A stretch of DNA of 64,000 nucleotides. Source: Candidatus Velthaea sp. (GTDB lineage Bacteria > Vulcanimicrobiota > Vulcanimicrobiia > Vulcanimicrobiales > Vulcanimicrobiaceae). The DNA is taken from NCBI GenBank assembly GCA_965214935.1, contig CBDCCS010000010.1, positions 64,001 to 128,000 of the forward strand. The letters run 5' to 3'. The notes under the pieces were generated by a model. The model was not told where the DNA came from and made no database searches. It worked only from the letters and a program-made list of their open reading frames with translations. The translations under genes and the position numbers were made by a program. Shown piece by piece: positions 49,306 to 59,571 of the stretch (position 1 is the stretch's first letter; each line of letters opens with the position of its first letter).

Positions 49306-51011
49306 CGTGGCTTGCGCCGTCGCTCGTTGCGGTGCCGTTGGCGGTCGCGGCGATCCTCGTCGCCGTCCTCGACCGCATTCCACGACGCGTCGCAGAGGCG
49401 ATCAGCGTTGCTGTCGCGGCACTGGCGCTAGCCGGTTGCATCGTGCTGCTCAAGACGATCGGTGCGAGCGGGACGAACGTCGTCTGGTTCGGCGGCTGGC
49501 ATCCGGGCAACACCGTCGGGCTCGGCATTGCATTTGCCGTCGATCTTGGCGGTGCCGCGGTCGCGACGCTCGTTGCGACGATCGTTGTCGCAACGACAAT
49601 CTATTCGCGTCAGTATTTCGATGACGTCGGCACGATTTTTTACGTCTTGCTGCTGTCGATGCTCGGCGCGATGCTGGCGTTCGCATTCGCCGCCGACGCC
49701 TTCAATCTGTTTGTCTTTTACGAAGTCTTCAGCGTCGCGGCCTATGCCTTGGCCGCCTATCAAATCGAATTGAAAAGCGCCTACGAGGGCGCGCTGCAAT
49801 TCGCGATCACGAATACGGTGGCCGGACTCTTTATCTTGTTCGGCATCATCTTACTCGAAGGCCGCAGCGGCGAACTCAACCTTGCGGCGATCGGTCATTC
49901 GCTGCTCGGTCAGCATGCTCGCGACGCTTTGATCGCAACTTCGTTTGCGTTCGTGACGATCGGCTTATTCACGCGCGGTGCGCTGGCACCGCTGCATTTT
50001 TGGTTCGACGAAGTTCACGCGAGCGCACCGGCACCGCTGTGCGCCATCCTGAGCGGAGCAATGGCACCGCTCGCACTTTACGGCTTTGCACGTTTTTACT
50101 GGTCGGCCTATGCAGCGGTCATCGGGCCGTCGCCGCTGTTGCGCGCCGGTTTGTTCACGATCGGCGTTGTTTCGGCGCTGGTGGGATCGTACATGTGCTT
50201 GCGCGAGCGGCACCTCAAACGGGCGCTCGCGTACTCGACCGTTGCGCACGGCGGCATCGCGGTCTATGCATTTGCCTCGTTCAGCGCCGCCGCGCTGGGC
50301 GGTGCCGCCCTGTATATTGCGGGATATGCGCTCGGCGCAGCCGGGCTGTTCATGGCAATCGGCATCGTTCGCGCACGCACGGACAGCGTCGATTTGCGCC
50401 GGCTCGCCGGCTGCGGGCAAAGGCTGCCGCTCACAGCCGCCGTCTTCGCGCTTGGAACGGCCGATATCGCCGGCGTCTGGAGCATCGGCCGTGCCGTTGC
50501 GACGCCGCTGCTCGTCGTAGTCGCGGCGGCGACCGGCGGTGCTTTCGCGCGCGCGTTCTATACGATCTTCGTGGAGCGCCGGTCCGCGGCTGCCGAGCCG
50601 CGCGAAGTGCCGTGGTTTATGCTGGCGCCGGCGTTCATGTTGACGGTCCTGCCCCTTGCGCTTTCAATCTGACGCCCGACGGTGCGACTTGCAACGACCG
50701 CAGCGTTTCGGCTTGCCGATCGCGAGGGGTACGCAGCGGCGCTGTTCGGCGCCGGCGGTGTACGGGCCGGCGTGCACGTGCCGACGCCGCCGCAACCGCT
50801 CCTGCTCCTCGCTCCGCTGGGCGCATTGCTCGTTGCCTGGATTGCGCTCGCGCGCGTTCGCCCCTTGGCTCGTTTGCGGGTGGCATTGCAGCGCAACAAG
50901 ATGCTCGTTGCGATTGCTCGCGTGCACGACGGCAACTCCGGGCAATACGTCGCCTGGATCGTTGCAACAGCGACGCTTGCGGCAACGCTAACGACCGCGT
51001 CGCTGCGGTAG
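49302..51011 (+). CDS. MrpD/MnhD-like (complex I subunit 5 family) subunit with an in-frame TGA at 50670-50672
   Basis: DAFNLFVFYE, PLHFW...H..AP, LAYSTVAH. The same frame continues after the TGA to HDGNSGQYVAW and a stop at 51011. Confidence 0.8.
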
Positions 51012-51028
51012 CCGCCGCGGAGCCGAAC

Positions 51029-51553
51029 TTACGCGTCGATTAGCGCGTCGAAATCAAACTCCAGTCCGTCCGGCGGCGTTCCCAATTCAACTACCTCGCG
51101 TGTATCCGGATCGACAGCGGCAGCGTAAGGACATCCGCGTTTACGCAGAAAATCGGCTTTTTCCAGCGGATCGGCGCAGTCATCGGAGTCGGATTTTATC
51201 TCGATCGTAACGTCGGGGCTGATCGGCCAATACTTTTCGGTCTTTCCAAGCAACCTCAATGCGGCAATGCGCTCGGCGCTCATCCACGACGCGTCGGGGG
51301 ACAACGTCTTCTTGCCGGGCCCGACAGTACATCCAGTGCTTGAATCGTAGGCTTTACCGCCAACACGTTTGGCGAACATATAGAGCTGGCCTAACGCCTC
51401 GGCGCTTTTTTCTCCGCCGCTTGTATGCGTCGGACTCATCGTAATCGAGCCATCTTCTTCTCGTTCAATGCGATAGCCCGGATTGTCGCGCGATAGCCGT
51501 GCTAACGCATCATCGCTATCTACGATCACCGGCGCAGCAAGCACAACGGGCAT
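51029..51553 (-). CDS. Uma2 family endonuclease
   Basis: RIER..DG....SPT, DSSTG, SPDASW, PDVTIEIKS. Confidence 0.88.
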   Translation of the reverse strand: MPVVLAAPVIVDSDDALARLSRDNPGYRIEREEDGSITMSPTHTSGGEKSAEALGQLYMFAKRVGGKAYDSSTGCTVGPGKKTLSPDASWMSAERIAALRLLGKTEKYWPISPDVTIEIKSDSDDCADPLEKADFLRKRGCPYAAAVDPDTREVVELGTPPDGLEFDFDALIDA

Positions 51554-51637
51554 AGCAAGCTCCTTGATTCATGCTTCGTTTTAGCTTGTGCCGCGACGGC
51601 TGACCGGAATCCGCTACATTACGCGGCTGCCGTATGC

Positions 51638-51666
51638 GATGTGACCGATCGGGCTGCCCGCGTGTC
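51638..51666 (+). promoter_or_regulatory. Candidate ECF sigma promoter (copy 1)
   Basis: GATGTGACCGAT-N9-CGCGTGTC upstream of the ECF gene; the same motif recurs at 53537. Confidence 0.65.
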
Positions 51667-51745
51667 ACGGAGATGAGGGCGCAAGGGCGAACATCCGGGA
51701 GCGAGCGGTTTTACCGCTGGTGCCCGTAAGAGGCGAAGTCACCGT

Positions 51746-52342
51746 TTGGACGACGTTGCCCTCGTATCCCGCGCCCGCAACGGCGATCTGGATGCAACGC
51801 AAGTACTACTCGAAAGGCACCAAAACGGCGCATATACCGCAGCGTTGCGTTTACTCGGGGAGCCGGCCGATGCGCAAGACGTGACGCAGGATGCACTCGT
51901 CCGTGCATACACGCGGCTCGACGACCTTGGCGACGGCGCAAGTTTCGCCGGCTGGTTGCGCAAGATTGCAATCAATCTTAGCCTCAACGTGCTGCGCCGT
52001 CGCGGAGCGCTGCACTTCGAGCCGCTCGAAGGGAATGCGACGCCGAATGCTTTCGCGCCGCAGCGCGACTTCGTCGACCCGCAGGCGCTCACGCCCGAAG
52101 AAGCCGTCATCGACTTTGCCCTGCACGACCGGATCGAGGAACTGCTGCGCCGCTTGCCGGTCGATCAGCGCGTCGCCGTCGTGCTACGCGACGTCTATGA
52201 TTACGATGTCTCCGAGGTTGCCGCGATGCAACGCTGCGGTCTTTCCGCAGCGAAAATGCGAATCACGCGCGGGCGCGCTCAGCTTAAACGGCTCGTGATC
52301 GAGGCGGGGATTCGCGGCGCGGAGGGTTCCCATGCGATCTGA
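51746..52342 (+). CDS. ECF RNA polymerase sigma factor
   Basis: DAQDVTQDALVRAY..FAGWLRKIAIN; region 4 RVAVVLRDV..EVA..AKMRITRGR. Confidence 0.92.
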   Translation: MDDVALVSRARNGDLDATQVLLERHQNGAYTAALRLLGEPADAQDVTQDALVRAYTRLDDLGDGASFAGWLRKIAINLSLNVLRRRGALHFEPLEGNATPNAFAPQRDFVDPQALTPEEAVIDFALHDRIEELLRRLPVDQRVAVVLRDVYDYDVSEVAAMQRCGLSAAKMRITRGRAQLKRLVIEAGIRGAEGSHAI

Positions 52343-52700
52343 CGATGCGGGCCATCTAGCGGACGATGAACTGGCCGGCGTCGTCGAACACGGCATTCGC
52401 GACGGCTCGCGTGCAAGCGCGCATCTGCAAACGTGCGATGCCTGCCGCCGCCGTCGCGCGGAACTCACGAACCTACGCGCGATGCTGCGCGGCACACGAA
52501 GTTACGAGCAAGCGCCGCGCTTCGACAGTGTCCCGGGTGCGCTCAAACGGTTACGGCTGCGCCGGCATGCCGTCACGAACCTGAACGAATTTTTTGATAG
52601 CGTCTATGCGCTGATGCGCGGATTCGCACAACTCTTAGCCGCCGGCGAACCGGGCGATCCGCGCACGCGGACTGCGAACGAGGATGATGCGCGTGGATGA
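52332..52700 (+). CDS. Zinc-finger (zf-HC2) anti-sigma-like protein
   Basis: HL..DEL..HLQTCDAC; overlaps the sigma gene. Confidence 0.75.
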   Translation: MRSDDAGHLADDELAGVVEHGIRDGSRASAHLQTCDACRRRRAELTNLRAMLRGTRSYEQAPRFDSVPGALKRLRLRRHAVTNLNEFFDSVYALMRGFAQLLAAGEPGDPRTRTANEDDARG

Positions 52701-53523
52701 TGCGTTCGGATTTTTGCAGCGCGGGGTTGCGTGGGCTTATTTCCCGCACGTCGTTGCCGCGCTGATCATCCTCATACTCGGTGCGCTGATCGGCTGGCTG
52801 GCAGCGCGGATTGTTGCACGCAGCCTGGCGCGCGCCGGTTTCAATCGGCTCGGCTCGCAAACCGGACTTGACGACGATCTGGCCCGCGTCGGTATAACGC
52901 TGCCGCCGGCTCGCGTGGTCGGGCGAATCGTTTTATTCGTCATTCTCATTGCCTCGTTCGTGCAGGCGATCAATGGTTTGGAACTTGCGCCGATCTCGGC
53001 GTCGCTCAATGCGTTTCTGATTTATCTGCCGCACGTCGTGCTCGCGGCTATTTTGGTTTTGGTCGGGATCATCGTCGGCGACACGCTCGGCCGTGGCACC
53101 GCGAATGCAATGTCGCGCTCCGGCGTTCTGTATCACGACGTCGTGGGCGGCGTGTTACGGACATCGATCATCGTGCTGGCGGTGTTGATGGCGCTCGAGC
53201 AGCTGACGATTGCCTCCGCGTTTCTGTTCTACATGTTGCTCGTGCTCGTCGGCGGTTGTGCATTGACGTTGGCAATTGCCGGCGGCTGGGGAGCGCGCGC
53301 GTTTGCCGAGAATCTCATCGCCGCGCGGTATGTCGAGCGCCATTTAGCGCTCGGCGATCACGTGCGAGTCGAAGGGCAAATCGGTACGATCGAGCGCTTC
53401 GACGTGATGAGTACGATCTTACGCACCGACGACGGCCGGCGTATCATTTATCCGAACGGCTTGCTGGCCGCTTCCGTCGTCGAGGTCGGCGGTTCGTCGT
53501 TACCGCCGATCCCGAACGATTAA
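52684..53523 (+). CDS. MscS family mechanosensitive channel (TM-helix-repeat type)
   Basis: YFPHVVAA / YLPHVVLAA repeats; LGDHVRVEGQIGTI..YPN. Confidence 0.85.
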   Translation: MMRVDDAFGFLQRGVAWAYFPHVVAALIILILGALIGWLAARIVARSLARAGFNRLGSQTGLDDDLARVGITLPPARVVGRIVLFVILIASFVQAINGLELAPISASLNAFLIYLPHVVLAAILVLVGIIVGDTLGRGTANAMSRSGVLYHDVVGGVLRTSIIVLAVLMALEQLTIASAFLFYMLLVLVGGCALTLAIAGGWGARAFAENLIAARYVERHLALGDHVRVEGQIGTIERFDVMSTILRTDDGRRIIYPNGLLAASVVEVGGSSLPPIPND

Positions 53524-53536
53524 TTTCTTACGCGCG

Positions 53537-53565
53537 GATGTGACCGATTGTTTGTCTCGCGTGTC
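53537..53565 (+). promoter_or_regulatory. Candidate ECF sigma promoter (copy 2)
   Basis: GATGTGACCGAT-N9-CGCGTGTC. Confidence 0.6.
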
Positions 53566-53752
53566 TTTACAATGCGATCTGCTCGATGCGGATCCGGCGC
53601 CGAAGCCGCGCAACGTAACGCACTTAGCGCCTGATAATCAATCGACTCTCGCGCGTCGCCGACACCTTCGGTGCGCGTTCCGGAGCTTTCGTGCTGCGCG
53701 CGGCGCACGCTGAATGCTACTTTACTTTTCATTCTTATCGAAAGGCTTATTT

Positions 53753-53911
53753 GTGGCTGGCATACTCTGGGCGATCATTACGGCGCTCTTCGTTTTCTGG
53801 GTTATCGGATTTGCGCTGCACTTCGGTGGCGGCTTGATCCACCTGCTGCTCGTCATTGCAGCGGTACTCTTCGTGTTCAATCTTCTCACCGGTCGCGGCG
53901 CTCGCGTTTAA
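53753..53911 (+). CDS. Small lmo0937/DUF5670-family membrane protein
   Basis: LWAII..LFVFWVIGF..GGLIHLLLVIA..NLLTGR. Confidence 0.85.
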   Translation: MAGILWAIITALFVFWVIGFALHFGGGLIHLLLVIAAVLFVFNLLTGRGARV

Positions 53912-53944
53912 CGCGTTCGGCGATGAAGTCGTAAGGATCTTACA

Positions 53945-54451
53945 ATGGCCGAACTTAAACACGACGGCACGAATCAGCCCGGTCGGGCGAGCGTTGCGGT
54001 ATTCTCATCACGCGCCGAAGCGCGCGAAGCGATCGCTGCATTGCACAAGGCGCACTTCACTCACACCTGGCTTGGTGTAACGAGCGTCGCGGCGACCACC
54101 GGCGGCGAGCAAACGATGACGGTTGAATCGCAGAGCGGCGGTTTCTTTTCCGATACGCAAAGCTTGGTCGATGCGTTCGTTTCACGCGGCGTTCTAGGCA
54201 CCACGGCGCGCGAGATCGAGGACCGGATTGCGCCCGGTGAGGCGCTCGTCATCGTCGACCCAAAGGACAAGGCGGTCGACGAAGCCGTTGCCATACTCGA
54301 AGAGCACGGCGGCCAACTCGGCGCTGGTGTGCGTCCGACCCGGACGTACGTGCAACCGGTAACCGGCATGTCGGCCGAAGCGTACGACGTGCGCGACGCC
54401 GATGAACTCGACGAAGAGATGTTTTACCGGCGCGGTTCCGCCGCACGCTAA
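53945..54451 (+). CDS. Hypothetical (general-stress-like) protein
   Basis: AVFSSRAEAREAIAAL..I..G.ALVIV..AVAILEEHGG; AAGGA RBS. Confidence 0.6.
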   Translation: MAELKHDGTNQPGRASVAVFSSRAEAREAIAALHKAHFTHTWLGVTSVAATTGGEQTMTVESQSGGFFSDTQSLVDAFVSRGVLGTTAREIEDRIAPGEALVIVDPKDKAVDEAVAILEEHGGQLGAGVRPTRTYVQPVTGMSAEAYDVRDADELDEEMFYRRGSAAR

Positions 54452-54580
54452 CCGGCGATCGACGTAACACGGGGAACGGCCGCGCTTACAACGCGGCTTT
54501 CCTGTTTGCCGGCGGCTTTTCCATCGGCTCGAGCTCGTGCGATGCGCGGTTTCACGCCGAACGCGGGTACGAACGGCGGT

Positions 54581-54928
54581 ATGGATGAGTTTTTTAGCCG
54601 CTTCGCACGTTCCGTTGAAACCGGCTTGTCACGACCGCTAAGCACGGTAATCGCTTTTGGGCTTATCGTCGTCTGGGCGATCACCGGGCCATTCGTTCAC
54701 TTTACCGACACGTGGCAGCTCGTGATCAACACCACGACGACCATCGTTACGTTCCTCATGGTGTTCATTCTCAATAATTCTCAGCACCGCGATACGGTCG
54801 CCATGAACGCGAAGCTCGACGAATTGCTCAAGCATATCGACGGATCGAATAAGCAGCTTGTCGGTGCCGAACAGCAGACGGATCGGGATGTCGAGCGCAC
54901 GGGGCAACGCGTTCGCGATCGGCAATAG
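54581..54928 (+). CDS. Low-affinity iron permease (Fet4-like) family protein
   Basis: WAITGP..FTDTWQLVINT.TTIVTFLMVF..KLDEL. Confidence 0.9.
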   Translation: MDEFFSRFARSVETGLSRPLSTVIAFGLIVVWAITGPFVHFTDTWQLVINTTTTIVTFLMVFILNNSQHRDTVAMNAKLDELLKHIDGSNKQLVGAEQQTDRDVERTGQRVRDRQ

Positions 54929-54934
54929 GGCCGT

Positions 54935-55678
54935 ATGGGCGCCAACACCATCGATTTGCAGGGACGTCGCGCGGTCGTTACCGGCGGTGCGTCCGGCATC
55001 GGCCGTGCAATTGTCATGCGGTTCGTTCGCAGCGGTGCCGCCGTCTCAATTTGGGATGCCGGCTCGAACGCTGCGAGCGTCGCGGACGAGTTAGGCGCGC
55101 ACGCGACAACCGTCGACGTACGCCGCTATGACAGCGTCGAAGCCGCGCGCGACGCAACGATTGCGGCACTCGGCGGTATCGACATCCTGATCAATAGCGC
55201 CGGAATCACCGGTCCGAATGCGACGGCTTGGGACTATCCGCTAGCTGCCTGGAGCGACGTTATCGACGTCAATCTCAGCGGAACGTACCACTGTTGCCGT
55301 GCAGCGATACCGCCGATGCTCGCAACTGGTTACGGGCGCATCGTAAACATCGCTTCGGTCGCGGGCAAAGAGGGCAATCCCAACGCTGCCGCCTACAGCG
55401 CGTCCAAGGCCGGCGTGATCGCGCTGACCAAATCATTGGGCAAAGAACTTGCCGATACCAACGTGCGCGTCAACTGTATCACGCCGGCCGCCATCGAGAC
55501 GCCGATGTTCGCTCAGATGAGCGAGGCGCACATCGCCTATATGCTTTCGCGCATTCCAATGGCACGCTTCGGACGCGTCGAGGAAATCGCGGCACTCGTT
55601 GCCTGGCTAAGCAGCGACGATTGTTCCTTTTCGACCGCTGCAGTCTTCGATATTTCCGGCGGCCGCTCGACCCACTAG
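54935..55678 (+). CDS. Short-chain dehydrogenase/reductase
   Basis: TGGASGIG, NSAG, YSASK. Confidence 0.92.
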   Translation: MGANTIDLQGRRAVVTGGASGIGRAIVMRFVRSGAAVSIWDAGSNAASVADELGAHATTVDVRRYDSVEAARDATIAALGGIDILINSAGITGPNATAWDYPLAAWSDVIDVNLSGTYHCCRAAIPPMLATGYGRIVNIASVAGKEGNPNAAAYSASKAGVIALTKSLGKELADTNVRVNCITPAAIETPMFAQMSEAHIAYMLSRIPMARFGRVEEIAALVAWLSSDDCSFSTAAVFDISGGRSTH

Positions 55679-55895
55679 CTGGCTCGTTGCCGGCGAGCCG
55701 AACTGCCGCAACGCGCCGTACGTGAAATACTGCGCTTTGTGATAAACGTCGGAAGGGCAATGCAAGCGCGAGGAAAATGCGCCCGATACGCCGCTTCGCA
55801 TCCCACCTTGCAGGTATCCGCTTTATCGATGTGCCCGGCCAAACGAGTTGTGACGTGCCGCTAACGATTGCATCTGCGGACCCGGCTGGTTAAGC

Positions 55896-58430
55896 ATGTC
55901 GCCTAGCTCGATCGCCGAACGTGAAGCGACTGCCGACAGGGGGGCGTTCGGCCCGGTGTTGCGGCGCTTGCGCCTCGAGGCGCGTCTGTCGCAAGAAGAA
56001 CTCGCAGAGTGCGCCAATCTCAGCGTTGAGAGCATAAGTGCGCTCGAGCGCGGCCGGCGCCGTGCGCCGTATCGCGAGACCGTTCGGATGATCAGCGACG
56101 GTCTCGGCCTTTCCGAAACGCAACGCAGTGAATTGCAAGCCGCTGCGCAACGGCCGCGGCCGCCGAGCGAACAAACACCGGTGGCCGCCGAAGAACCGCA
56201 ACGCGCGCCTGGTGCGATGCACAATCTGCCGCTGCAGCGCACGAGCCTCATCGGCCGCGAGCCCGATATTAAAACCGTCGTGCGCCTGGTGCTTGCAAAC
56301 CGCCTCGTGACCCTCACGGGAACCGGCGGTATCGGAAAGACGCGGGCGGCTTTAGCGGCCGCCGACGAGCTGTCCGAGCATTATGCGGCCGGTGTGTGGC
56401 TGATCGAATTGGCGCCCATTTCGCCGGCGTCGCCCGCAGCTGCAGCGATCGCCCGTGCGCTTCACATCCACGAGCATCCGAACCGGCCGCTGTTGCAAAC
56501 GCTGCTTGCGCATATCAACGAGAAATCGTTGCTGCTCGTGCTCGATAACTGCGAACATGTCGTGGGCGACGTAGCGGTGCTCGCCGATGCGCTGTTGCAA
56601 GGCTGTCCGAATCTGCACATCCTTGCGACGAGCCGCGAATCGCTGCGCATTTCGGGCGAGCGGCTCTACCGGCTGCCGTCGTTGCGCGTGCCTGCCGCGC
56701 ACATCGCGCACGCCATCAGCGCCGCCGATGCAGCTCAATACGCGGCCGTTAAGTTATTCGTTGCGCGCGCACTGCGCAGCGATCATACCTACGTCCTCGA
56801 CGATCGTAATGCGCCGGTGGTCGCAGAGATTTGCCGCCGGCTCGATGGTATTCCGCTGGCTATCGAACTGGCGGCCGCCCGGGTAAACGTGTTGCCCCTC
56901 GACGTCCTGCTCGCGAAACTCGATCGGCGATTGACGATCCTGACCGGCGGAGACCGGACGGCGGTTCCCCGTCAGCAAACCATGCGCGCGCTCATCGATT
57001 GGAGCTACGATCTGCTCGCGCCGCCCGAACAGCGGCTCTTCGAGCGGCTCTCGATCTTCGCCGGCGGCTGTACGTTGTCACTGATGTCGAGCGTCGTTGC
57101 CGATGTATTGTCCGCCGACACGAGCGTCTTAGAGATCCTTTCCTCGCTAATCGATAAGTCGCTTGTGACGGCAGATCTCGACGTACCGGAATCACGCTAC
57201 CGGCTGCTCGAATCATCGCGTCAGTACGCCGCGGAAAAGCTTGCCCGACGGGGTGAATGGGCGCTCGTCGCGCACCGTCATGCAGCGGCTTACGTCGATC
57301 TTGCCGAACGAATGGAACGCGAGCACGACGTCGCACCGAGCGCACGCTGGTTCGCGCTGGCCGACCTCGAGAACGAAAACTGGCGTGCTGCTTTGCACTG
57401 GTCGCTCGTCGAGCGCGGCGACGTGGTTCTCGGACAGCGTTTAGCCGGCGCGATGCGGGCCGCGTGGCCGGCCTCGTCGATCACCGAACGCCGCCGCTGG
57501 CTGCTCACGGCGCGAGAATTAATCGACGAGCGCACACCGCCGATCGTTGCTGCCAACATCGGCCATTCAATTGCAACGGTTGCATATATGTTCGGTGAGT
57601 ATACGGCCGCGCTGGCCGATAGCCGGCATCTCGTGACGGTGTTCGGCGAACTCGGCGATGCGCTGGGCGTCGCTCGAGCGCAGTTCGTCATGGGACGTTC
57701 GTTAGCGAATCTCGGCCGGCTTGCGGAAGGCGAACCGCTGCTCGTGGCATCGCTCAACGCTGCACGTACGTTGAACAATACGCCGCTTGCAGGTCTCGCG
57801 CTTGCCGGACTTGCGCGCGCCAAGTGCGTTGCCGGTAATGTCGAAGCGGCACGTGAGTTTTTAGCCGAAGCGTTCGAGATTTATGATGCCAACGGCGCGG
57901 ACGCCTATTCGGCTCTGGTTCACAGCGCAGCCGCCGGTATCGAGTTTCGCGCGGGTAATTGCGAACAAGCTTTGGCAATGAGTTTGGTCGCGCTAGATGC
58001 GATGCGTTCGTTCAATCTAACGCTGTTCGTCACGATGGAACTTAACTTGCTTGCAGCGTATTACACGGCTAGCGACAAGTGGGCCGACGCGGCAGTGCGC
58101 GCGCGCGAAGCACTCCGCTCGGCGCTTGAAACGGAGCAAGTCGTTGAAGTCCTATGGGCGATTCAGCACCTCGCAGCGATCGCCGCTCTGACGACGGATA
58201 CGAACGGTGCACCGCAAGCGCAGCGTGCGGCGCGCTTGCTGGGCTATGTCGATGCGCGCATGGCTGCGCTCGAAGCGACGCGACAATTCAACGAACAACA
58301 CGAGTACGAACGCGTTACGAACGTCTTGCGCAACACACTCGGCGCTGCGCCGGCCGAACGATCGATGCAATCGGGCGCGAGCCTATCCGACGACGAGGCC
58401 ATCGAGGCCGCCCGAGCGTTCATGTTTTAG
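55896..58430 (+). CDS. XRE-HTH + NB-ARC/STAND ATPase + TPR-like regulator
   Basis: LSQEELAE..ISALERG, GTGGIGKT, LLVLDNCEH, LDGIPLAIELAA, WSYDLL. Confidence 0.9.
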   Translation: MSPSSIAEREATADRGAFGPVLRRLRLEARLSQEELAECANLSVESISALERGRRRAPYRETVRMISDGLGLSETQRSELQAAAQRPRPPSEQTPVAAEEPQRAPGAMHNLPLQRTSLIGREPDIKTVVRLVLANRLVTLTGTGGIGKTRAALAAADELSEHYAAGVWLIELAPISPASPAAAAIARALHIHEHPNRPLLQTLLAHINEKSLLLVLDNCEHVVGDVAVLADALLQGCPNLHILATSRESLRISGERLYRLPSLRVPAAHIAHAISAADAAQYAAVKLFVARALRSDHTYVLDDRNAPVVAEICRRLDGIPLAIELAAARVNVLPLDVLLAKLDRRLTILTGGDRTAVPRQQTMRALIDWSYDLLAPPEQRLFERLSIFAGGCTLSLMSSVVADVLSADTSVLEILSSLIDKSLVTADLDVPESRYRLLESSRQYAAEKLARRGEWALVAHRHAAAYVDLAERMEREHDVAPSARWFALADLENENWRAALHWSLVERGDVVLGQRLAGAMRAAWPASSITERRRWLLTARELIDERTPPIVAANIGHSIATVAYMFGEYTAALADSRHLVTVFGELGDALGVARAQFVMGRSLANLGRLAEGEPLLVASLNAARTLNNTPLAGLALAGLARAKCVAGNVEAAREFLAEAFEIYDANGADAYSALVHSAAAGIEFRAGNCEQALAMSLVALDAMRSFNLTLFVTMELNLLAAYYTASDKWADAAVRAREALRSALETEQVVEVLWAIQHLAAIAALTTDTNGAPQAQRAARLLGYVDARMAALEATRQFNEQHEYERVTNVLRNTLGAAPAERSMQSGASLSDDEAIEAARAFMF

Positions 58431-59476
58431 GGTTCTTGGATTGCGATGCCGTTGAGGTGCCGCCGGAGCTCGGATACGGTCGTATAGACGATGCGCCGGG
58501 TCCGGTTGATGTTCCCGATCGGACGGTGTTCGGGCGCACCGTGCCATGGATTAAATGCCAAGTTCTCGGCGAGTGCATCGCGCTCGGGGCAGGCGAAATG
58601 TTGTTGAGGAATCGCGATCGTGGCAACCTTCACGAACGGCGCGTCGGTCTCTTTCCATTCGACGCGCGAATCTTCAACCAACATCGCGTCCGAGCTGCGC
58701 GGCTGCACCAGAAAGTCGAACGTTACACTAGTGCCGTCGAGCGCCGCAATCATTGCATCGCGCAGATAGTGCCGCTCCGTGCGCGCCGGCTTCGCGAGCG
58801 GCGTAACCGTGCGCGGAATCGCCGAATACTTCACGGCTTGCTTATAGGGCGCGTTCCCTAGCCGGTACGGTACGGCCGACCAGTAGCGAACCGCAAGCGG
58901 ATTCGATATGCGTGCCGATTCCATCCGGCGTCCGATCAGCAATCCGCGAAGCCCAAGTGCGAGCGGCGCCGTCAAGCGCACGAACGGATTCGCATCGGCC
59001 TGGCGTTTGACGAAGCGCAGGTAGCCGGCCGAGTCGGAGGCGGCAAAGACCGGACTATCGAGCAAAATAAAGTCTTGGGTTGTCGGTCCGCCCGGCGCAT
59101 CGCCGGCCAGGCCCACGAGCTTGATGGCCATGGCGTGAACGTCGGTCTTGCCGTCCGGCTGCCCGACGTTGGCGGTTGCGTTCGAGAAACGGATCCAAGC
59201 TGCGTACGTCTTGCCCGGAACGAAGACGCCTTGAGCGAGCTGAACGGGCAGCCCAAGTTCGACGGTAAATTCGGCGGCGACGCAGCCGTGAGCCCGGACA
59301 TGGACGTCGCGCCGCGCGGGCGCGCCGGTTCGAACGAACTGCCGGCAGACGCCGCGCGCGATGACGGCGGCAATCTGCCGCGCTTGTTCTTCTTCGCCCG
59401 GCTGCAATTCCTCGCCGATTTCCGGGTCGATTTCGCAATAATCGCCGGCCGGCACATGCGCGTCGTGCTGATCCAT
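58427..59476 (-). CDS. Short catalase-related heme protein
   Basis: RDVHVRAHG, IRFSN, MAIK, QDF, FNPWH..HRPIG.INR.RRIVY. Confidence 0.85.
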   Translation of the reverse strand: MDQHDAHVPAGDYCEIDPEIGEELQPGEEEQARQIAAVIARGVCRQFVRTGAPARRDVHVRAHGCVAAEFTVELGLPVQLAQGVFVPGKTYAAWIRFSNATANVGQPDGKTDVHAMAIKLVGLAGDAPGGPTTQDFILLDSPVFAASDSAGYLRFVKRQADANPFVRLTAPLALGLRGLLIGRRMESARISNPLAVRYWSAVPYRLGNAPYKQAVKYSAIPRTVTPLAKPARTERHYLRDAMIAALDGTSVTFDFLVQPRSSDAMLVEDSRVEWKETDAPFVKVATIAIPQQHFACPERDALAENLAFNPWHGAPEHRPIGNINRTRRIVYTTVSELRRHLNGIAIQEP

Positions 59477-59571
59477 ACGTCCTTTGCTTTTACTCGTTCG
59501 CAGTGTTGCCGTCAGTCACCGACGATGGTCGTGCGCGTCGCGACCTCTACCGGTGTCACGCATGCCTTTCG

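Noticed and set aside
50670..50672. Selenocysteine codon
   Set aside because: It is not at a Cys or redox position, Mrp subunits are not known selenoproteins, and no clear SECIS was seen.
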